64,000 nucleotides of DNA from the human T2T-CHM13v2.0 reference genome, Homo sapiens. The position numbers and the translations under genes are program-made. The notes beneath the pieces were generated by a model. The model worked only from the letters and a program-made list of their open reading frames with translations. It had not been told where the DNA came from and searched no databases. Positions within the stretch are counted from its first letter, which is position 1. Each line of letters starts with the position of its first letter. The stretch lies in NCBI RefSeq assembly GCF_009914755.1, contig NC_060939.1. One strand, 5' to 3'. Positions 1-11,100 of this stretch are shown in pieces.

Positions 1-346
1 TTCAATTCCATTCCATTCCATTCCATTACATTCCACTTGATTCCTCTCCATTCCCTTCCACTGCATTCCGTTCGATTCCATTCCATTGCATTGCATTCCA
101 TTCCATTGGATTGCATTCCATTCGATTCCATTCCATTCGAATCAATTACATAGCAATCCATTACATTCGAGTCTATTCTCTTCCGTTCCATTCGATTTCG
201 TTCCAATCCATTCGATTCCATTCCATTCGATTCCATTCCATACTATTGCATTCCATTCGATTACATTATATTCGAATAAGTTCCATTCAAGACCATTTCT
301 TTTGAGTCCATTCTATTTGAGTCCATTCCCTTTGATTCCATAACAT

Positions 347-2154
347 TTGAGCCCATTCAATTCCATTCCTTTCGTTTCCATTCCATTTGATGCCATTCCA
401 TTCAATTCTGTTCTACTCGACTCCAATACATTCAATTCCATTCCATCCGATTCCATTACATTCTTTCCATTTCTTATCCATTTCAAGCCATTCCACTCCA
501 TTCCATTCCACTCGTTTCCTTTCCATTCGAGTCCATTCCTCTCCAGTCCATTCCGTTCAATCCATTCCATTCCAGTCCATTCCATTCGAGTCCGTTCCAT
601 TCCAGTCCATTCCATTCGAGTCAATTCCATTCCATTCGATGTCTTTCCATAACGATCCATTCCATTCTATTCCTTTCGACTCCATTCTATTCTATTTCAT
701 TCCATTCGATTCCCTTCCATTGGACTCCTTTCCATTCGAGTGCATTCCATTCCGTTCCATTTCTTTCCGTTCTGTACGATTCCTACCGTTCGATTTCATT
801 TTGTTCCAGTCCATTCTTTCGCGTCCATTCCATTCCATTTCACTCCATTCGATTCCATTCCACTCGATTCCACTTCGTTCCATTTCATTGCATTCCATTC
901 TATTCAACTCTATTGCCTTCCATTCCATTCCATTCGATTACATTCCATGCGATTCCATTCGAAATCGAATCAATTACATTGCAATCCATTACTATTGAGT
1001 CCGTTTTATTCCAGTCCACTGCATTCTGGTCCATTCCATTTGATTCCATTCCATTCTATTCCATTCCATACAGTTGCATTCCATTGGATTCCATGCTATA
1101 TCTATAAATTCAATTCGAGACCATTGCTTTTGAGTCCATTCTATATGATTCCATTCCATTCAAGTCCATTACATTTGGTTAAATTCCATTCCATTCGGTT
1201 CAATTCCATTCCATTCCATTCCCTTCCATTCCATTCCAGTTGATATCAATCCATTCGATTTCATTCCATTCGAGCACATTCCATTCGAGTCCATTCCATT
1301 CGATGCCATTCCATTTGATTCTATTCCATTAGTCTCCATTCAATTCCATTAATCTCCATTCCATTCCATTCTACTCCAACTGATTCCATTCCATTCTATT
1401 CCTTTCCATTCCATTTCATTCCATTCCATTCCAATCCATTCCATTCCATTCCATTCGTGTCCATTCCACTCCAGTCCATTCCATTCGTATCCATTCCATT
1501 CCAGTCTATTCCATTTGTGTCCACTGCATTCCATTCCACTCCATTCCATATTATTCCATTACACTCCATTCCATTCTATTACTTTCATTTCCATTCAATT
1601 CCATTCCATTTGATTCCATTCCACTCGGTTTCATTCCATTTGAGTCCACTCCATTCCATTCCATTCCATTCAGTTCCATTCCATTCTGTTCCATTCCATT
1701 CCGTTCCATTACATTCCATTCCATTCGGTACCATTCCATATTGTTCCATTCGATTCCATTCGAATCCATTCCATTCCAGTCCATTCCATTCGATTCCATT
1801 CCATTCATTTCAATTCCATTCCATTCCATTCCATTACATTCCACTTGATTCCTCTCCATTCCCTTCCACTGTATTCCGTTCGATTCCATTCCATTGCATT
1901 GCATTCCATTCCATTGGATTGCATTCCATTCGATTCCATTCCATTCGAATCAATTACATAGCAATCCATTACATTCGAGTCTATTCTATTCCGTTCCATT
2001 CGATTTCGTTCCAATCCATTCGATTCCATTCCATTCGATTCCATTCCATACTATTGCATTCCATTCTATTACATTATATTCGAATAAGTTCCATTCAAGA
2101 CCATTTCTTTTGAGTCCATTCTATTTGAGTCCATTCCCTTTGATTCCATAACAT
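347..2154 (+). repeat. Representative 1808 bp monomer (U1)
   Basis: Landmarks in order: CTACTCGACTCCAATAC, TTCAAGCC, CATAACGATCC, CTGTACGATTCCTACCG, TTTCGCGTCC, CGAAATCGAATCAATTAC, CTATATCTATAAATT, TTGATATCAA, CGAGCAC, CTCCAACTG, pure CCATT run, CGGTACC, CGAATCAATTACATAGC, CGAATAAG. All recur in each monomer, apart from occasional SNVs. Confidence 0.95.
1416..1456 (+). repeat. Variable-length near-pure (CCATT)n tract, one per monomer
   Basis: The run between TTTCATT and CGTGTCC has 7 pentamers in 1808 bp monomers, 6 in 1803, 8 in 1813 and 4 in U35 (1793). Confidence 0.9.
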
Positions 2155-5100
2155 TTGAGTCCATTCAATTCCATTCCTTTCGTTTCCATTCCATTTGATG
2201 CCATTCCATTCAATTCTGTTCTACTCGACTCCAATACATTCAATTCCATTCCATCCGATTCCATTACATTCTTTTCATTTCTTATCCATTTCAAGCCATT
2301 CCACTCCATTCCATTCCACTCGTTTCCTTTCCATTCGAGTCCATTCCTCTCCAGTCCATTCCGTTCAATCCATTCCATTCCAGTCCATTCCATTCGAGTC
2401 CGTTCCATTCCAGTCCATTCCATTCGAGTCAATTCCATTCTATTCGATGTCTTTCCATAACGATCCATTCCATTATATTCCTTTCGATTCCATTCCATTC
2501 TATTTCATTCCATTCGATTCCCTTCCATTGGACTCCTTTCCATTCGAGTGCATTCCATTCCGTTCCATTTCTTTCCGTTCTGTACGATTCCTACCGTTCG
2601 ATTTCATTTTGTTCCAGTCCATTCTTTCGCGTCCATTCCATTCCATTTCACTCCATTCGATTCCATTCCACTCGATTCCACTTCGTTCCATTTCATTGCA
2701 TTCCATTCTATTCAACTCTATTGCCTTCCATTCCATTCCATTCGATTACATTCCATGCGATTCCATTCGAAATCGAATCAATTACATTGCAATCCATTAC
2801 TATTGAGTCCGTTTTATTCCAGTCCACTGCATTCTGGTCCATTCCATTTGATTCCATTCCATTCTATTCCATTCCATACAGTTGCATTCCATTGGATTCC
2901 ATGCTATATCTATAAATTCAATTCGAGACCATTGCTTTTGAGTCCATTCTATATGATTCCATTCCATTCAAGTCCATTACATTTGGTTAAATTCCATTCC
3001 ATTCGGTTCAATTCCATTCCATTCCATTCCCTTCCATTCCATTCCAGTTGATATCAATCCATTCGATTCCATTCCATTCGAGCACATTCCATTCGAGTCC
3101 ATTCCATTCGATGCCATTCCATTTGATTCTATTCCATTAGTCTCCATTCAATTCCATTAATCTCCATTCCATTCCATTCTACTCCAACTGATTCCATTCC
3201 ATTCTATTCCTTTCCATTCCATTTCATTCCATTCCATTCCATTCCATTCCATTCCATTCGTGTCCATTCCACTCCAGTCCATTCCATTCGTATCCATTCC
3301 ATTCCAGTCCATTCCATTTGTGTCCACTGCATTCCATTCCACTCCATTCCATATTATTCCATTACACTCCATTCCATTCTATTACTTTCATTTCCATTCA
3401 ATTCCATTCCATTTGATTCCATTCCACTCGGTTTCATTCCATTTGAGTCCACTCCATTCCATTCCATTCCATTCAGTTCCATTCCATTCTGTTCCATTCC
3501 ATTCCGTTCCATTACATTCCATTCCATTCGGTACCATTCCATATTTTTCCATTCGATTCCATTCGAATCCATTCCATTCCAGTCCATTCCATTCGATTCC
3601 ATTCCATTCATTTCAATTCCATTCCATTCCATTCCATTACATTCCACTTGATTCCTCTCCATTCCCTTCCACTGCATTCCGTTCGATTCCATTCCATTGC
3701 ATTGCATTCCATTCCATTGGATTGCATTCCATTCGATTCCATTCCATTCGAATCAATTACATAGCAATCCATTACATTCGAGTCTATTCTCTTCCGTTCC
3801 ATTCGATTTCGTTCCAATCCATTCGATTCCATTCCATTCGATTCCATTCCATACTATTGCATTCCATTCGATTACATTATATTCGAATAAGTTCCATTCA
3901 AGACCATTTCTTTTGAGTCCATTTTATTTGAGTCCATTCCCTTTGATTCCATAACATTTGAGTCCATTCAATTCCATTCCTTTCGTTTCCATTCCATTTG
4001 ATGCCATTCCATTCAATTCTGTTCTACTCGACTCCAATACATTCAATTCCATTCCATCCGATTCCATTACATTCTTTTCATTTCTTATCCATTTCAAGCC
4101 ATTCCACTCCATTCCATTCCACTCGTTTCCTTTCCATTCGAGTCCATTCCTCTCCAGTCCATTCCGTTCAATCCATTCCATTCCAGTCCATTCCATTCGA
4201 GTCCGTTCCATTCCAGTCCATTCCATTCGAGTCAATTCCATTCCATTCGATGTCTTTCCATAACGATCCATTCCATTCTATTCCTTTCGATTCCATTCCA
4301 TTCTATTTCATTCCATTCGATTCCCTTCCATTGGACTCCTTTCCATTCGAGTGCATTCCATTCCGTTCCATTTCTTTCCGTTCTGTATGATTCCTACCGT
4401 TCGATTTCATTTTGTTCCAGTCCATTCCTTTCGCGTCCATTCCATTCCATTTCACTCCATTCGATTCCATTCCACTCGATTCCACTTCGTTCCATTTCAT
4501 TGCATTCCATTCTATTCAACTCTATTGCCTTCCATTCCATTCCATTCGATTACATTCCATGCGATTCCATTCGAAATCGAATCAATTACATTGCAAACCA
4601 TTACTATTGAGTCCGTTTTATTCCAGTCCACTGCATTCTGGTCCATTCCATTTGATTCCATTCCATTCTATTCCATTCCATACAGTTGCATTCCATTGGA
4701 TTCCATGCTATATCTATAAATTCAATTCGAGACCATTGCTTTTGAGTCCATTCTATATGATTCCATTCCATTCAAGTCCATTACATTTGGTTCAATTCCA
4801 TTCCATTCCATTCCCTTTCATTCCATTCCATTTGATATCAATCCATTCGATTCCATTCCATTCGAGCACATTCCATTCGAGTCCATTCCATTCGATGCCA
4901 TTCCATTTGATTCTATTCCATTAGTCTCCATTCAATTCCATTAATCTCCATTCCATTCCATTCTACTCCAACTGATTCCATTACATTCTATTCCTTTCCA
5001 TTCCATTTCATTCCATTCCATTCCATTCCATTCCATTCCATTCGTGTCCATTCCACTCCAGTCCATTCCATTCGTGTCCATTCCATTCCAGTCCATTCCA

Positions 5101-8100
5101 TTTGTGTCCACTGCATTCCATTCCACTCCATTCCATATTATTCCATTACACTCCATTCCATTCTATTACTTTCATTTCCATTCAATTCCATTCCATTTGA
5201 TTCCATTCCACTCGGTTTCATTCCATTTGAGTCCACTCCATTCCATTCCATTCCATTCCATTCAGTTCCATTCCATTCCGTTCCATTACATTGCATTCCA
5301 TTCGGTACCATTCCATATTGTTCCATTCGATTCCATTCGAATCCATTCCATTCCAGTCCATTCCATTCGATTCCATTCCATTCATTTCAATTCCATTCCA
5401 TTCCATTCCATTCCATTCCACTTGATTCCTCTCCATTCCCTTCCACTGCATTCCGTTCGATTCCATTCCATTGCATTGCATTCCATTCCATTGGATTGCA
5501 TTCCATTCGATTCCATTCCATTCGAATCAATTACATAGCAATCCATTACATTCGAGTCTATTCTATTCCGTTCCATTCGATTTCGTTCCAATCCATTCGA
5601 TTCCATTCCATTCGATTCCATTCCATACTATTGCATTCCATTCGATTACATTATATTCGAATAAGTTCCATTCAAGACCATTTCTTTTGAGTCCATTCTA
5701 TTTGAGTCCATTCCCTTTGATTCCATAACATTTGAGTCCATTCAATTCCACTCCTTTCGTTTCCATTCCATTTGATGCCATTCCATTCAATTCTGTTCTA
5801 CTCGACTCCAATACATTCAATTCCATTCCATCCGATTCCATTACATTCTTTTCATTTCTTATCCATTTCAAGCCATTCCACTCCATTCCATTCCACTCGT
5901 TTCCTTTCCATTCGAGTCCATTCCTCTCCAGTCCATTCCATTCAATCCATTCCATTCCAGTCCATTCCATTCGAGTCCGTTCCATTCCAGTCCATTCCAT
6001 TCGAGTCAATTCCATTCCATTCGATGTCTTTCCATAACGATCCATTCCCTTCTATTCCTTTCGATTCCATTCCATTCTATTTCATTCCATTCGATTCCCT
6101 TCCATTGGACTCCTTTGCATTCGAGTGCATTCCATTCCGTTCCATTTCTTTCCGTTCTGTACGATTCCTACCGTTCGATTTCATTTTGTTCCAGTCCATT
6201 CTTTCGCGTCCATTCCATTCCATTTCACTCCATTCGATTCCATTCCACTCGATTCCACTTCGTTCCATTTCATTGCATTCCATTCTATTCAACTCTATTG
6301 CCTTCCATTCCATTCCATTCGATTACATTCCATGCGATTCCATTCGAAATCGAATCAATTACATTGCAATCCATTACTATTGAGTCCGTTTTATTCCAGT
6401 CCACTGCATTCTGGTCCATTCCATTTGATTCCATTCCATTCTATTCCATTCCATACAGTTGCATTCCATTGGATTCCATGCTATATCTATAAATTCAATT
6501 CGAGACCATTGCTTTTGAGTCCATTCTATATGATTCCATTCCATTCAAGTCCATTACATTTGGTTAAATTCCATTCCATTCGGTTCAATTCCATTCCATT
6601 CCATTCCCTTCCATTCCATTCCAGTTGATATCAATCCATTCGATTTCATTCCATTCGAGCACATTCCATTCGAGTCCATTCCATTCGATGCCATTCCATT
6701 TGATTCTATTCCATTAGTCTCCATTCAATTCCATTAATCTCCATTCCATTCCATTCTACTCCAACTGATTCCATTCCATTCTATTCCTTTCCATTCCATT
6801 TCATTCCATTCCATTCCATTCCATTCCATTCCATTCCATTCGTGTCCATTCCACTCCAGTCCATTCCATTCGTATCCATTCCATTCCAGTCCATTCCATT
6901 TGTGTCCACTGCATTCCATTCCACTCCATTCCATATTATTCCATTACACTCCATTCCATTCTATTACTTTCATTTCCATTCGATTCCATTCCATTTGATT
7001 CCATTCCACTCGGTTTCATTCCATTTGAGTCCACTCCATTCCATTCCATTCCATTCAGTTCCATTCCATTCTGTTCCATTCCATTCCGTTCCATTACATT
7101 CCATTCCATTCGGTACCATTCCATATTGTTCCATTCGATTCCATTCGAATCCATTCCATTCCAGTCCATTCCATTCGATTCCATTCCATTCATTTCATTT
7201 CCATTCCATTCCATTCCATTACATTCCACTTGATTCCTCTCCATTCCCTTCCACTGCATTCCGTTCGATTCCATTCCATTACATTGCATTCCATTCCATT
7301 GGATTGCATTCCATTCGATTCCATTCCATTCGAATCAATTACATAGCAATCCATTACATTCGAGTCTATTCTCTTCCGTTCCATTCGATTTCGTTCCAAT
7401 CCATTCGATTCCATTCCATTCGATTCCATTCCATACTATTGCATTCCATTCGATTACATTATATTCGAATAAGTTCCATTCAAGACCATTTCTTTTGAGT
7501 CCATTCTATTTGAGTCCATTCCCTTTGATTCCATAACATTTGAGTCCATTCAATTCCATTCCTTTCGTTTCCATTCCATTTGATGCCATTCCATTCAATT
7601 CTGTTCTACTCGACTCCAATACATTCAATTCCATTCCATCCGATTCCATTACATTCTTTTCATTTCTTATCCATTTCAAGCCATTCCACTCCATTCCATT
7701 CCACTCGTTTCCTTTCCATTCGAGTCCATTCCTCTCCAGTCCATTCCGTTCAATCCATTCCATTCCAGTCCATTCCATTCGAGTCCGTTCCATTCCAGTC
7801 CATTCCATTCGAGTCAATTCCATTCCATTCGATGTCTTTCCATAACGATCCATTCCATTCTATTCCTTTCGATTCCATTCCATTCTATTTCATTCCATTC
7901 GATTCCCTTCCATTGGACTCCTTTCCATTCGAGTGTATTCCATTCCGTTCCATTTCTTTCCGTTCTGTACGATTCCTACCGTTCGATTTCATTTTGTTCC
8001 AGTCCATTCTTTCGCGTCCATTCCATTCCATTTCACTCCATTCGATTCCATTCCACTCGATTCCACTTCGTTCCATTTCATTGCATTCCATTCTATTCAA

Positions 8101-11100
8101 CTCTATTGCCTTCCATTCCATTCCATTCGATTACATTCCATGCGATTCCATTCGAAATCGAATCAATTACATTGCAATCCATTACTATTGAGTCCGTTTT
8201 ATTCCAGTCCACTGCATTCTGGTCCATTCCATTTGATTCCATTCCATTCTATTCCATTCCATACAGTTGCATTCCATTGGATTCCATGCTATATCTATAA
8301 ATTCAATTCGAGACCATTGCTTTTGAGTCCATTCTATATGATTCCATTCCATTCAAGTCCATTACATTTGGTTCAATTCCATTCCATTCGGTTCAATTCC
8401 ATTCCATTCCATTCCCTTCCATTCCATTCCAGTTGATATCAATCCATTCGATTCCATTCCATTCGAGCACATTCCATTCGAGTCCATTCCATTCGATGCC
8501 ATTCCATTTGATTCTATTCCATTAGTCTCCATTCAATTCCATTAATCTCCATTCCATTCCATTCTACTCCAACTGATTCCATTCCATTCTATTCCTTTCC
8601 ATTCCATTTCATTCCATTCCATTCCATTCCATTCCATTCCATTCCATTCGTGTCCATTCCACTCCAGTCCATTCCATTCGTATCCATTCCATTCCAGTCC
8701 ATTCCATTTGTGTCCACTGCATTCCATTCCACTCCATTCCATATTATTCCATTACACTCCATTCCATTCTATTACTTTCATTTCCATTCAATTCCATTCC
8801 ATTTGATTCCATTCCACTCGGTTTCATTCCATTTGAGTCCACTCCATTCCATTCCATTCCATTCAGTTCCATTCCATTCTGTTCCATTCCATTCCGTTCC
8901 ATTACATTCCATTCCATTCGGTACCATTCCATATTGTTCCATTCGATTCCATTCGAATCCATTCCATTCCAGTCCATTCCATTCGATTCCATTCCATTCA
9001 TTTCAATTCCATTCCATTCCATTCCATTACATTCCACTTGATTCCTCTCCATTCCCTTCCACTGCATTCCGTTCGATTCCATTCCATTGCATTGCATTCC
9101 ATTCCATTGGATTGCATTCCATTCGATTCCATTCCATTCGAATCAATTACATAGCAATCCATTACATTCGAGTCTATTCTCTTCCGTTCCATTCGATTTC
9201 GTTCCAATCCATTCGATTCCATTCCATTCGATTCCATTCCATACTATTGCATTCCATTCGATTACATTATATTCGAATAAGTTCCATTCAAGACCATTTC
9301 TTTTGAGTCCATTCTATTTGAGTTCATTCCCTTTGATTCCATAACATTTGAGTCCATTCAATTCCATTCCTTTCGTTTCCATTCCATTTGATGCCATTCC
9401 ATTCAATTCTGTTCTACTCGACTCCAATACATTCAATTCCATTCCATCCGATTCCATTACATTCTTTTCATTTCTTATCCATTTCAAGCCATTCCACTCC
9501 ATTCCATTCCACTCGTTTCCTTTCCATTCGAGTCCATTCCTCTCCAGTCCATTCCGTTCAATCCATTCCATTCCAGTCCATTCCATTCGAGTCCGTTCCA
9601 TTCCAGTCCATTCCATTCGAGTCAATTCCATTCCATTCGATGTCTTTCCATAACGATCCATTCCATTCTATTCCTTTCGATTCCATTCCATTCTATTTCA
9701 TTCCATTCGATTCCCTTCCATTGGACTCCTTTCCATTCGAGTGCATTCCATTCCGTTCCATTTCTTTCCGTTCTGTACGATTCCTACCGTTCGATTTCAT
9801 TTTGTTCCAGTCCATTCTTTCGCGTCCATTCCATTCCATTTCACTCCATTCGATTCCATTCCACTCGATTCCACTTCGTTCCATTTCATTGCATTCCATT
9901 CTATTCAACTCTATTGCCTTCCATTCCATTCCATTCGATTACATTCCATGCGATTCCATTCGAAATTGAATCAATTACATTGCAATCCATTACTATTGAG
10001 TCCGTTTTATTCCAGTCCACTGCATTCTGGTCCATTCCATTTGATTCCATTCCATTCTATTCCATTCCATACAGTTGCATTCCATTGGATTCCATGCTAT
10101 ATCTATAAATTCAATTCGAGACCATTGCTTTTGAGTCCATTCTATATGATTCCATTCCATTTAAGTCCATTACATTTGGTTAAATTCCATTCCATTCGGT
10201 TCAATTCCATTCCATTCCATTCCCTTCCATTCCATTCCAGTTGATATCAATCCATTCGATTCCATTCCATTCGAGCACATTCCATTCGAGTCCATTCCAT
10301 TCGATGCCATTCCATTTGATTCTATTCCGTTAGTCTCCATTCAATTCCATTAATCTCCATTCCATTCCATTCTACTCCAACTGATTCCATTCCATTCTAT
10401 TCCTTTCCATTCCATTTCATTCCATTCCATTCCATTCCATTCCATTCCATTCCATTCCATTCGTGTCCATTCCACTCCAGTCCATTCCATTCGTATCCAT
10501 TCCATTCCAGTCCATTCCATTTGTGTCCACTGCATTCCATTCCACTCCATTCCATATTATTCCATTACACTCCATTCCATTCTATTACTTTCATTTCCAT
10601 TCAATTCCATTCCATTTGATTCCATTCCACTCGGTTTCATTCCATTTGAGTCCACTCCATTCCATTCCATTCCATTCAGTTCCATTCGATTCTGTTCCAT
10701 TCCATTCCGTTCCGTTACATTCCATTCCATTCGGTACCATTCCATATTGTTCCATTCGATTCCATTCGAATCCATTCCATTCCAGTCCATTCCATTCGAT
10801 TCCATTCCATTCATTTCAATTCCATTCCATTCCATTCCATTACATTCCACTTGATTCCTCTCCATTCCCTTCCACTGCATTCCGTTCGATTCCATTCCAT
10901 TGCATTGCATTCCATTCCATTGGATTGCATTCCATTCGATTCCATTCCATTCGAATCAATTACATAGCAATCCATTACATTCGAGTGTATTCTCTTCCGT
11001 TCCATTCGATTTCGTTCCAATCCATTCGATTCCATTCCATTCGATTCCATTCCATACTATTGCATTCCATTCGATTACATTATATTCGAATAAGTTCCAT

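Noticed and set aside
271-290. Canonical inverted heat-shock element near TTCGAATAAGTTCC
   Set aside because: The GAA/TTC spacing is 0 or 4 bp rather than the 2 bp of nGAAnnTTCn. Only direct nTTCn repeats are present.
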